Positions 25,932 through 37,593 of a stretch of 64,000 nucleotides of DNA are shown one piece after another; positions within the stretch are counted from its first letter, which is position 1, and the number at the start of each line of letters is the position of its first letter. The translations under genes were made by a program, and so were the position numbers. Source of the stretch: Marsupella aquatica (taxonomy: Eukaryota; Plantae; Marchantiophyta); contig OZ316893.1 in assembly GCA_973895155.1 (NCBI GenBank), positions 12,788,359 through 12,852,358 on the forward strand, in the 5' to 3' direction. Below the pieces are notes generated by a model that saw nothing but the letters and a program-made list of their open reading frames with translations, was not told the origin of the DNA and searched no databases.

Positions 25932-27752
25932 TTACTTCTTCCTCGTCTTTTTCACGACGGGCACCGGCTGGACCGCGTCGGTGGCTGTGGAGCCGGCACA
26001 GCCGATCCCAAATGTCGGCCGGCGTTTAGGAGTCGGGGAAACATCCCTCTGCTCGTCCCGGCGTTCAGGACTCCAGGCAAGATCTATGTCGGCCGGGAAA
26101 AGGAGAGCAGCGGCGTCGTCGTCGTCCTCCGGTAGCGGCTGCAGAGCTGCCACTCTCGCTTCAGCATGAATATCTTCGTTCACCTGTTCCATGAGACTGG
26201 AGCTTTTGTCGAGGAGATCGTTGAACTGCTTCTCCTCCACGACGGGATTGAATTGGACCCGCTTGGAGTTGCCTCGCGCGTCTCTGGTCTCGTCCCGCTG
26301 CGCCTTCGGAAGTGTTAGAGTTCTGGCCCGCCGTCGTGGAGATTTCTGGGTGGAGCTCGTTTTGGCTAGGTTGTCACCAAGCAATAAGTCCATTAAATTC
26401 GAGTTCGAATTCACGTTGACGTCTGGCGACAAGGGGGGAAGCGGAGCTGGTGTGGAAGTCAGGTCGATGATCTGTGCAGCTGGAGCTGGAGCTGGAGCTG
26501 CACTTTTTGTGGACGTCAGGTCGATGATCGGTGCTCGTGCTTGGGGTTGGGATCCTTGGGGAGCATTCGGAGCGCAAACCATCAGATTTGGCATCCACGA
26601 TTTCGCAACTGCATCCAGATGACTTTTGACTCTCGCTGGCATTATTCCATCGGGGAGCTCGGGATCGTTTCGGCGGGGAGGGCGAAGCAGGCTGTCCTGG
26701 ACTGAGGTTGGCACCACCATGCCATATGGCCACGGGCTCGTTGTATCTCGATTTGTTATGAAAGGATGGTGGAGAAGCTCGTCTGCTGTCCAGCGTTCTC
26801 TACTGCGATGGCAGAGACAGTGCTCGAGGAAATCCTTGCACTCAGGACTGAGGTTTTGGGGTATCTCGGGGAGATTCATGGCTACTGTGGAATACAATAT
26901 CCCTAGATCGCTGAACCTCACGTCTCTGAGTACTTCTTTCGGCGGGTCACCCGTGAGCATTTCTATCACTGTGCAACCGAGCGAGAATATGTCAGATGGA
27001 TGGCCCTGCATCCTCTTATGAAAGACCTCCGGACTCTTGAAACCCTTCGTGCCGATCAGTAACGTGGTCAAGGTACTCGGGGTGAGTTGCTTGGCCCCTC
27101 CCCAGTCCGCCAACTTCACACAGTCGTCTGAGAGGAGAAGGTTAGATAGTTTTATGTCCCCGTGCACGACTTGTTGCTGCACCATGTATTGTAGTGCTTT
27201 GAGAATGTCGTATGTGTATTGCCTCACGTAAGGAGTTTCTTCGAAAGGCGATTTCCGTGTTTTCATGACGTGCGCCAGACTGCCCCGAACTAAGTACTCC
27301 AAGAACACGTCTAGAGTCTCGTTGCCGTCCATTGAGTTGGCACCATTGGAGCGTCCGCAGCCCAGACACCTAACGATATATTTCGATCTCAGACACCGCA
27401 TCATCTTGATCTCAGTGATCTGGCATTCGATTCTGGATCTGACTTTTCGTGTGATTGGGTAGTCTACCGCAATGGACTTGACCGCGAACAATTTATTGTC
27501 CCGCCTCATCCCCAAATACACTGAGCCAAACGCTCCCTGGCCCAGTTTTTCACACCGTTTCCAAGGAATTGTGTGAATGGTGTTCCATGTCATTTTACTT
27601 CCGATCCATGCCCGTTTCCTTTCTTGGGCGACGTGATCTAGGAACTCTATCTCTTCTTTATCATACGAGAATATATCCTGGGACGACGTCGACGTCCCGG
27701 GAGGAGGATCCGGCGGGTTCTGATCACGAGGGGTGTTTTTCAAGCGAGCCAT
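25932..27752 (-). CDS. Intron-less MEKK/MAPKKK-type Ser/Thr kinase, 606 aa from the first ATG, paralog 2
   Basis: LGQGAFGSVY, FAVKS, HGDIKLSN, KLADWG, GTKGFKSPEV and DIFSLGCTVIEM; clearly homologous to 14788-16608. The ORF-track start at 27764 is a GTG; the first ATG is at 27752. Confidence 0.92.
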   Translation of the reverse strand: MARLKNTPRDQNPPDPPPGTSTSSQDIFSYDKEEIEFLDHVAQERKRAWIGSKMTWNTIHTIPWKRCEKLGQGAFGSVYLGMRRDNKLFAVKSIAVDYPITRKVRSRIECQITEIKMMRCLRSKYIVRCLGCGRSNGANSMDGNETLDVFLEYLVRGSLAHVMKTRKSPFEETPYVRQYTYDILKALQYMVQQQVVHGDIKLSNLLLSDDCVKLADWGGAKQLTPSTLTTLLIGTKGFKSPEVFHKRMQGHPSDIFSLGCTVIEMLTGDPPKEVLRDVRFSDLGILYSTVAMNLPEIPQNLSPECKDFLEHCLCHRSRERWTADELLHHPFITNRDTTSPWPYGMVVPTSVQDSLLRPPRRNDPELPDGIMPARVKSHLDAVAKSWMPNLMVCAPNAPQGSQPQARAPIIDLTSTKSAAPAPAPAAQIIDLTSTPAPLPPLSPDVNVNSNSNLMDLLLGDNLAKTSSTQKSPRRRARTLTLPKAQRDETRDARGNSKRVQFNPVVEEKQFNDLLDKSSSLMEQVNEDIHAEARVAALQPLPEDDDDAAALLFPADIDLAWSPERRDEQRDVSPTPKRRPTFGIGCAGSTATDAVQPVPVVKKTRKK

Positions 27753-30700
27753 GACTCTGAACACGTACCAGACCTAAATCGTTTCCCGTTCGATGCTCAA
27801 GTTTCAATGTGCTCGCAATTCAAGAGAGTCAGCAAGCTGCCGGATTTGAGCATTCCACCAAGTCTAGCCCAACTGTGCTAATTGTCTATTTATCACCTTA
27901 AATTTCGAAGGCAATCTTCCGGCCAAAAGTGTATAATGTCAAGAAGCTCTTTCTTGTCCTTGAAAACAAGAGGTATCTTTATTTGGTATACATACAACTA
28001 TACATCTATAGACATTGAGCACGTTGCAAAGTAATCTCCCAACTTTTGAGCTCCTGACAGAAATATATGAATGCCTAGAGACATGCGATACAAAACGGCT
28101 GCGGCATCCCAACGAAGAATCTGAGTGTGCCAGAACGGACGGTCCAGAACATTATCTGTTAATTAAGAGCTAATAGATAGATCAATTTGGTTATACATCG
28201 TTAGCAATCTTACATAAAGTAGGAATGCCTGAATCCCAGCCTGTACGTTGCTGCCATTTCTGAAATGGGTGCCTCTTCACAGTCTCTGCTCATACACCTT
28301 GATCAAAAATGCGTGCGACACAACACAATACTGAGCGTCGACGTCAAAGTCAATCGATTGAGCTGCTTGGATTACCTTTTTCAATGAATTTGCGCTGCTT
28401 GCTCTTTTCACACTTAGAGCTAAGACACTGAGCTCATTTTTAGACTCGTGGATTGAAATAACTAGCTGATGTAGCTGTGACTCTCCGTAGCATTCCTCTC
28501 TAACGCGCAGTAACCTAATTTGAACCTTAACTAGGGCCCAGCAAAATGGATCCGTGTTATTATTTTTACGTGCGGGCAGCCAGAGATTTATGGACAGAGC
28601 CACCTATCCATCGATTTAGCAACTTCACGCCCACTTCTCAACTTGATCAAAGGTAGCTTGCGGGGTAGCTTGAAGGTGATTCCCAGGAGTAAGGCACATC
28701 AACTAGTCTTCAAACGTCCTAAATTCAATCAGTTCCTTTCCCCTACGGTAGAGATAGTTACTTATATTTGTTGACGCAACTATCTCTCTTTGCGATGGCA
28801 GTATCTCTCCCTATTGGCTCATTCAGAAACGCTAATTCGAAACCAGAATTCCCATTCAAACAGTAGGTAATCTTACAGTAGACCGAAGTGCTCTATATAC
28901 CTCCCGTTCCGTCATCAAACTAGCTACTTAATTTACGGATGGAAAAGCTCCGGTTCAAAACCTGGGCGGCAAGAGTACCCTAGCTGAGTATGATGTGCTT
29001 TGTGTAGCCTTATTAATTATATGTTCAGGCTCGAGCACTTGATTGTTTCCCAGGCAACAGAATCTGGGGTCCAACTCGTGACGTGTATGGGGCACACAAA
29101 TATTTCCGTTTCCTTCACAGATCTAAATAATCTAACTTTGATCTGTGATGATCGATAGACGAAGAACGTACCCCAAAACAAAATGTATTCCTAAAACTGG
29201 CTCATCATGATCTTCACGGTACACTACTGCAAACTAGCTAGTACCCTCGTTTGGCGTCTAGATATATACTGATGCAAAATTAGGCCCGACTCCTGCATTG
29301 TATACATTGACATGTGACAGCTCGAGAAAGTGATGTTTGAAAAGCCCTAAATTGAAGGAAGAAGGTGTATACTTTGACATAATGGAAAGGCGCAGAAACG
29401 AATTAGAAAAGTAATCGGCGCAAAACATGTAAAGTTCGAACTGTCTCCGTGGAATCCATCTCTATGTTTGAAAGGCCTCAATTGAAGGAATCAGGTGTAT
29501 ACTTACATATAGAAAGACGCAGAAACGAATTGTCTCCGTGTAATCCATCGCTCGGACCTGCAAGTCGACCCTCAGTAAGATAACTTACCTGCATTTCTTG
29601 CATTGCGCGGCTCTTGTATTCACATCTGCATCTCCTGCCAACACTGTGTTTCGCCTATTTCTTCGAAGGAAACTGGAAGAAACCGTATCCTACGATTACC
29701 TCTTCTGGACGTCAAGACTACCTTTGCATATTCCAACACGGCTTGATGTGACATGGCTTTGGGATCCAATCTGCTTTTGTGATACCATGCCGATTTACGG
29801 GTACATGAATCCCCTATATTTTGCATTTGATTATGTCTGCTGGTTTCCTGATGTCATTCACATTGATCGGATAGACAACCTGAATGTCATTGAGGGGTCG
29901 TGTCGCTTGACGATGTCTGGTTTTCACTTCGACTATCGAGGAGCAGGGCAGGCATATATGCTGACCTGCTGATCTTCTCCTCGATATGTTGACTACTTGA
30001 GTTCAATTCGCTGCATGCGGTTTCCTTGGGCCAGCGCTTCTCAGGTCAATCACAGTGTCATGTTACCGATTGAACCCACTACCTCATGCAAGACCAAAAC
30101 GATTTTGAGATGGATAATGTGATTTGGTAACGTCACTCGTAATTTGATTTATAGCTATTCAATAGAGAAGACTCGGATGTAACAATTGGAGAATGCAAAA
30201 TTAACTTATCAATTAAAACTTGCAACGTCAGTACGGACAAATCCCTCTTGTCTTGAATCTTCGATCTCCATAATCTGAAGCCGATACGGATCATATATAG
30301 TTGTATCTGTGGCCTTTCAATCAATTGAATTTGCCACGTATCATAGTTGTATCCGTGGCCTTTCAATCAATTGAATTTGTCACGTTGCACACTAAACCCG
30401 ATCTTAAAAGTTAACCCTGATACTAAATGGGGGGCAAGGTGATAAATAAATTTGTTTCCATGACAAGTCAATAAATTTGGGGAACACGTTAATAAAAAGC
30501 TGTTTGTCCCAATACAATTAAAGTTCACATACATCCAGTGATGCCCCTTCAAGACCTATTGGCCGTTTACCCACAATTTACAGTTTCCAAATCACTCTTA
30601 AAATTAAATAGATTTCTCCCGTGGATGTCTAAATTTCATTATTGACAATAAATATTCCTCATGCAGATTAGAGAAAAGAATTTTTCCCAAAATTGTGGAG

Positions 30701-31058
30701 GGCTTATCTCCATATTTCAGTATTAACAATAAATATTTCTCACAACTGTGGAGCACACTAGCACCTTAGAGAAATATTTAGTGGAATTTGGAAAATGAAA
30801 GTAGGAAATATCTATATAGGAATTGTAAGTCACTATTAGGGTAGTTAGAGTCTTCTAAATGTTCTCCTTCATTTCCTTTCAAGAAAGACAAAAGAACATA
30901 GGTAGAGTCTATGAAGTGTTCTTCTTCAATTCCTTCATTTCCTTTCAAAACATCTAAAAATTAAATTACTAATGCAGACACAGATAATTGAGATGATCAT
31001 ATGCAGACTCTTGGAATTTTTAATTTAATATCTTTGCTTCAGGTGTTGTGGTGTGTAT

Positions 31059-31650
31059 TCACATCCCTTATATAAACTATTGGTAGGGATAGATGTTTTG
31101 TAACTTCTTGAGGAATATGAATCAGGGTGATTTTACAAGAAGTTGGGGGCAATTTTCATGTTTTTTTTGTCTCCAAGATCTGATTTGAGCCATCCATTTG
31201 GGGGGAACCTGTTGCTGTTCACTTTACAAAACGTAGGGGACATTCATTCACATCCCTTATATAAAATAATGGTAGGGATAGATGTTTTATAACTTCTTGA
31301 GGAATATGAATCAGGGTGGTTATACAAGAAGTTGAGGGCAATTTTCATGTTTTTTTGGTCTCCAAGATCTGATGGGAGCCATCCATTTGGGGAGAACCTG
31401 CTGCTCTTCACTTTATGTTCACTTTACAAAACGTAGGGGACACTTTCAACCTAACCTGTTACAATTCCTCCATGGAATGTAATGGGGCCCAATTTTTGCT
31501 TATGTGGAACACTCTTTTGTCCTAGATTTTGGATCACCTCTCTCTTGGAGGTCTCTTCTTGTGACCTCTTGATACATTTCTATTTTAAGTCATTTGCATT
31601 TAAAAAGAGACCACAGGTCCATAAGATCTTCTCTTTTCTCAGATCTAGAA
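31059..31650 (-). mobile_element. Dispersed repeat, probably a LINE 3' remnant, with an internal tandem duplication of about 190 bp
   Basis: 31059-31243 is repeated at about 31247-31443. The block is homologous in reverse orientation to about 54990-55300. Confidence 0.6.
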
Positions 31651-32804
31651 AAATATACAAATTTTTTATAGAAAAGGGTCAAAAAGAGTATAAAAGAACA
31701 AACAAAAGAGGTCCCAAGTGAACAAAACCAAATGCAAAAGAAGCTAGCAATACTAAACCCCTAGAAACCAAGGAAGAGAAACTAAAACTAACACAAATGG
31801 ACAAGGTCCTGATCATTCCTATCAAATATGACAAAAAGTTAATGGTTTACATCAAGTATAGAAACTAAGTCTACATCAAGTATAGAAACTAAATCGGCAA
31901 GTGGGACTGAAATATCCTCTAGGGGGCTAGCCACTGCAGAGGCACACTAGCACATCTTGAAAGACTTAAGCCAAAAATTAGGTGGCATAGGCACCCTAGC
32001 ACATCTTGAAAGACATGAGCCAAAAATTAGGTGAGTTTAAGGTGGGGCGAATATTCAATCTGTCTTTTAGTAAAAGTAAATTAATCTGGCACCACTAGCT
32101 GCACTTGGCTTTACAAGACCTACAAGACCTTGAGGGCAATAACATGATTCAACTAGCCCCCTGAAAATATGTATTTAGAGTGTGCAATGACCCTCCAGTT
32201 TGCTTTGGTAAAAAAAACTCCCAAGTACCCCCTGGTCCTGTAAAGTACTCACTGTAATTGCAGAATGGACAATTGAAATGCTTTGTTCAGGTCTCCATTC
32301 ATCCAATTGGAAGACTACAGCATTTTGACACTAAACGGTGCTTGGTTGAAACAATGCTTATGTTTAGGTTCACCTTCACCCAATTCTGTTCACCCGACTC
32401 AGACGAGGAACGAGGGGAATAGCTCCGCATCCTTAGAAGACCCAGCGGATTCCCTTTCTTCGTTTCCCAACATAACTTTCGATCATTGCTAAGTATTTTC
32501 TCCAGAAGGAAATTCTCCACACTGCAGTCCACAACTCCAATGTATCCTTCCCCGACGGTGTACGTGGAAGCAATTTTAGCAGCTACATCTATTTTTTATG
32601 CGATTTCTGAGCTTAAAATAACTGCAATGATGGTTTTGCCAGCAAAACTAAATCTTTCTACAACTCATCGAAAAATTAGAGAGGTCGTTCACAATGATAA
32701 CTTCAATTGTGTAGCAAAATAGTCATTACATCAAAAGCTTCACAACAATAGCATTGGTCAACCACTTCGGCTTTGCATCTAAACGAGTGATTGCATGACT
32801 AGCT

Positions 32805-35453
32805 CTACGCTGAAAATGTGCTGCGGCCACCTTGCAAAGGTGTAGTAATGTCAGATGGCGGCATGGGCGGGACCGGGTTGTAATTCCAGATATACCAATT
32901 CAAACAAGTCGCAAGAGTCCCCCTGCAGCACGGAAAGTAAGGTCAGTGAAAAAACATCGCAATCTATGGTGCGAAATTGGAGTATCCAGTAGCCTTGCAT
33001 CTCAACAATGAGAGTGGTCACAGAAAGAAAAGGCATCGCAATCTATGGTTCGAAATTGGAGTATCCAGTAGCCTTGCATCTCAACAATGAGAGTGGTCAC
33101 AGAACGACCCAATCTCAATCTAAAAACAGCCCTAGATAAAGATTGTGAATTTTAGTCTGTTTCAAATAGGCAGGAGGTTCTTACCACAAAAATAAGGGAA
33201 TGAGCAAGTAGGCTGCCACAGGTTTTACGGTGTAGAAGAAGTAAATGTTGTTAACAATTGCCAGCAAGAGGAGGACAATCCAAACAAGACCGAGATCCTA
33301 GATCACATTACATACATTCCAAAAGTTAGTCACAAAAGCTCGTAGTATCCCAGAACGAAGTAGAAAACATGGAATTTGCAAGGGGGTTGAAAGTTTTCTA
33401 TTCTGCACGATGAACAGTCTTCTCCCGGAGGCAGAGTGTTGTACAGTAAGAACGCTTAGCATGTGACGTTCAGCTACAACTACAGAATATTACCTGGTAT
33501 GTAAGAGATATAAGAAAGTATTCTAATCAAGGGAAAAGTTGTCTACGTACCGGACGTTGTAGACCAAAGAAAATAGGAGTCCATCCGAAGTTGAAAATAA
33601 GCTGTCACATAGAACATGAGAGTATAATTGTTGGATAGTCCTTCAATGTTTTCTTGCCACTGGGCCAAGTATCATCCATCCAGAGCAGGCAAAGCAGCCA
33701 TTGGGAACTGAAGTGATAGCCAGCCAGGGATGAGGCTGATATCAACATTTCTTTGGAAACCCCTATAAGTTCGGTCTTAGCAATTTAAAATACAAACAAT
33801 AACTAAAAGCTGTAAGTCATGTATCGTTGTAGAAGACCAAGCACCAGACGTCTCTCGGATCCTTTCTGAGAGCAATGTTTCCCTCAACACAAGAGTCTCC
33901 ACTGCACATACCTGTATGACATACGCTCCTAGTGGAAAAGCTTGAGCCTTGAAACCTGCACATCGAGAGAAGATTGTGTCATTGGAACTATTTATATTTA
34001 TGTCCTACCAAACCTATACACACAAATTCTACCATATACCCTCCCTTTTTGATTGAAAATCGACGGAAGGCAAAGTTCCACAGAGGAGAAATACCTCCTT
34101 CTCTGTAAACTAAAAACGAGGCAGCCCCCATCAGCACATACAGAACGGTCCATACGAGTGGGAAAACCCAGTTCTGCAATAGGAAGATTCATGTCAGAAC
34201 AGACACTAATTGTATCGAATGTTCGAAAATTGAAGTCCCTCAGAACTCCACAGGTTCCTATGAACAGTCACTAAGAAAAACAAATATTAAGGAGATGTAT
34301 AGAGCATTGACTTACCGGGGGAGTCCATGATGGCTTGTTCAACTTCTTGTACCACTCTGCAAGGTCAAAATTCAACAATTATATCAAACTGAACACCCCT
34401 CTTAACAAACCAGCTTACATCACTCAATTGAATGTGCTCTCCTAAGAAGGGTATCCTCCTCCGCAGTCTAATGTGAATTTTGAAGAATTCACGTCAAGAT
34501 CAATCCCATATTGAGTGAAAGTCCGGTGAAATTTCATTGAAACCGACGAGGCAGAGCAATACTCGAGAAATACTCGAGAAATGCGTCTTTGCTTCAAAAG
34601 AGCACCAACTGTGACTTGCTTAATGAGCGTCAAATGCCTCTTCATTTTTCAAGGAATTGACAGCCAAGTATCCCGTCTATCACTTCAAATAACGAGCGTC
34701 AAGTGTGAGTGTAAGTGTCAAAAAGAGGTTTGAGAGAAAGTTCCTCACCACTATCTCCGTTGCCAAATATACTGCCGAGAAAGCCACCAGCTATCGGAAT
34801 GGTAATGGCAACTATCAGTTGCCCGATCTCAACTAGGGTAGGATTCACCTGCAAGATTAGGCAAGAATTACGCCCTTGGACAATCAGCTCACTATCACTT
34901 TCCTCTAGAGCCCAGAGAACGCTTTCCAGTGCTGTGCACCAACATCAAGGGACAACCTGGAGCCCAGCTCAAGGTTTCCAGTGCAGTGCTCTCCTTATCA
35001 AGCAACAGCCTCGTTCGTGCGAAACACAGACAATTATGACCGTGGTTACCGGACGTTCTATACTCACCAACCACCCGCCTCTATACACACACAAACCAAA
35101 TCCCCGCTGCAAACAAATTTCGATTCGGACAAGAAGAACAAAATCTATATTTCACTCTCACAGGGTTCTCATCTTCCTCTTCCTATGTTCTCTCAAGACT
35201 TGCAGGCATCCGTACATCATGCATGCCCGTGAGAAGGAATGGTTAGCACTACACTCCCTACCAAGTCATCAATTACTCGTTCTTTCTAAGCAAGGACACC
35301 TATTGACGAAGCCAATCTAACTCTCGCACACTGACAAACAAACAATCACTCAAACAGTCAGTCCGTCGGAAAATCAGTTCAATGATTTGTCGAACGAAGT
35401 TTAAAGACGAGCTGTGGGTAATGAGAATGCAGAAAAAAAGTTTTCCTCACCAT
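32805..35453 (-). CDS. TSPO: Translocator protein TSPO (TspO/MBR family), 8 coding exons, 182 aa
   Basis: Hand-spliced with GT-AG introns and consistent phases: 35453-35451 (ATG only), 34848-34749, 34356-34316, 34173-34095, 33955-33912, 33601-33551, 33297-33185, 32922-32805. The protein contains [39 protein letters not shown] and LATCLNWYIW. The ATG-only first exon is the least certain part. Confidence 0.92.
32958..33104. repeat. Direct duplication of about 67 bp in the last TSPO intron
   Basis: cgcaatctatggt(g/t)cgaaattggagtatccagtagccttgcatctcaacaatgagagtggtcacagaa occurs twice. Confidence 0.9.
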
Positions 35454-36086
35454 TGGGACTCAACAGCGGAAACAAACTTCCGTCCAATTCACTCGCTCTG
35501 CAACCCAAATGCTTGCTGTTGTTGCTCTGGCTTGCGAACTACTTCAGCTCTTTCGTGCCCTGTGAAGAAGATAGCAAAGCAGCCCTCGCCTGGTGCTGAT
35601 GAAGAAAGAATCGATGATCGCAAAGCTCGTGCTCCAGCACTTCCTGACTGACTGCTTTCACAGATAGAACATTGAAGGAATGAATATAAACAGAGCCTTT
35701 CGTACAGCAGAGCCCGAATATAATCTGCTTGTCGAATGTCGAGGTGAACTTAGTGATTGTCAGTGGAGTTGAGCTGAGCCTGGGATCAGATTCCGGCTGC
35801 AGTGATGCTGATCTACAGGACTTGCTTCTTGCTTCGTACGCAGGCTGCCATAGCTGCGCCACGCGAGGAGAGTCACTGGAGGGCACGTGTGTACCCAGAG
35901 GAAGTGCATCGTACTCAAGTGGATTAGAGTGGGCGAGTTGGAGTCCATTTGACATCTGCTTGCCGTTATCCAGACTTCCCAAATGTCCCTAAAGCCAGTA
36001 GGGGGTCTCAAAAGCTCAAAATTTGATAGGCCTTAACTTAGTAATTAAAGTAATTAAGATTAATATGAAGATAAAGCTATAGACTA

Positions 36087-36809
36087 CCGACTTCCCCCGA
36101 ACACAGCGCCCGGGCGTTGTGTTCGGAAGTTGAAATTTTTTAGTCTTGGTAAGAAAAAGTAGTTTTAACTCGAGAGCACAACGTCAGTTTAACACAATGC
36201 CCGGGCGTTGTGTTCGAATACGGGGTTGTGTTCGAATATGGCATTGTGTTTGAATGTTCAGGGTTGTGTTTCAGTTTTTTCTAATCTTGAGAGCATTGAG
36301 CACAACAAGTGCAAGGTCATGAATTACAATCAAACCATAAGCAAAGTAAACAAAAAGTTGTTAATAATCTTCACATCTTGACAACAATGCTAGGAGCAAT
36401 ATTTCCCACACATACCCAATTGAAATGGCTTAACCCTAAACTTGACAACTCTGCAAATAGTTACATCCATGTGCAAACCCATAGAAATCAGAGAATGATT
36501 TTCTAAGCCGTTATTTTATTTTGTCTCACCAAATTTGGCCAGGGCTGAAATGGTCGGGAAGCATTAGCCTTTCATTCCTACTTACACCCTAAATTCTATG
36601 CCTGTCATTCTTGCTTACATCCTAAATTCATCACAATGGCTAAATTTGAACACAACGTCCCTATTCAAACACAACGCCACAAGGTAAAAAAATTCCAAAA
36701 CATAGTGTCGAAACTCAACACAATGCCCTGGGCGCACTATTCGAATATAACGCCCCATGGACCCACTATTCGAATATAGTGCCTGGGCGTTGTTTTCGGG
36801 GGAAGACGG
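36087..36809. mobile_element. Non-autonomous pogo/Tc1-mariner-like element, copy 2, inverted relative to copy 1
   Basis: Same TIRs and TA flanks; the internal sequence is the reverse complement of 12692-13439. Confidence 0.9.
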
Positions 36810-36864
36810 TAGCAACTTTAATTATGCCTTTAGTTATGATCCCATAACTTTTGGCGATAAATAT

Positions 36865-37241
36865 TGTTGGAATGATGAATGCAGGCATGAAGGGCCAGTA
36901 ACTCAGAATACTACTCTCTACACAGGAGGTCCTAGTTTCAATTCCTAGCCAGTCCATGCTATCTAGAGTTCCAACACACTATCAGAGCCAAAGATCAGGA
37001 ATTTCCCTTGAAGCGAGTGAGGCTAAAGGGAGGGTGCTGAAAATGAACTACACTTGAACTGATGATGATGTAGGCATGAAGGGCCTATATATAGCTTATT
37101 GGTGAGCAACCACACTCGAACCGATGATGGATGCAAGCATGAAGGGCGTATAGTTGAGTGGTAGAGCACTATGATGTACGCACTCGCCAGGAGGTCCTAG
37201 GTTCAATTCCTAGCCAGTCCATGTAGTTGAAAGTTCCAACA
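36865..37241 (+). mobile_element. TRIM (miniature LTR retrotransposon) with a tRNA-like sequence in its LTRs
   Basis: LTR1 36865-36976 (tgttggaa...ttccaaca), PBS-like tatcagagcc, an internal region of about 58 bp, PPT aaagggaggg, then LTR2 37035-37241 (tgctgaaa...ttccaaca). The TSD is not convincing (aatat/aaaac). Confidence 0.8.
37144..37221 (+). pseudogene. tRNA-derived sequence inside the TRIM 3' LTR; not a functional tRNA
   Basis: A-box-like tagttgagtggtagagc, a perfect T-arm ctagg-ttcaatt-cctag (B box) and an acceptor-like 3' end ccagtcca. The anticodon arm is not canonical. Confidence 0.7.
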
Positions 37242-37593
37242 AAAACGGGTCATAGGCCATGACCATAAGTCCCTATAGAGGATAGTAAAAAGAAGAAGAA
37301 AAAACACAAAATTTTCACATAATCCTGTGAAAAAGCTTGGCAATTTGTTTATGGCCAAGAGCCACCATCAGTAACTGCAAAGCTTTGAGATGCCCTAGTG
37401 GGGTGTCTCAAAAGGATGAAGGTTTTCGGCCAATAAACAAATCATGGCCAGGGTTATGTCATTGTGAACCAAATGTCTCTAAACTCGATACAGCTAGCCC
37501 ATTCAAGAGCCCATTCTATGACATGCCTGTTTTAACAATCAAAATTAAAGAATTTGAGAGTTATCCTATCTAGTAAGTAATATTTATGTTGCA

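Noticed and set aside
14788-27752. Both kinase ORFs are exactly 1821 bp
   Set aside because: The N- and C-terminal segments differ in length and only offset each other, so this is most likely coincidence.
29350-30385. Short direct duplications (about 29350/29480 and 30297/30343; also 31848/31871 and 48826/48860)
   Set aside because: These are ordinary local slippage or repair duplications with no sign of function.
34715-35320. 201-aa + strand ORF
   Set aside because: It has a GTG start, is antisense to TSPO exon 2 and intron 1, and has no recognisable motifs.
37144-37221. Functional tRNA gene
   Set aside because: There is no canonical anticodon stem-loop, the acceptor stem is imperfect, and it is embedded in an LTR with a second degenerate copy.
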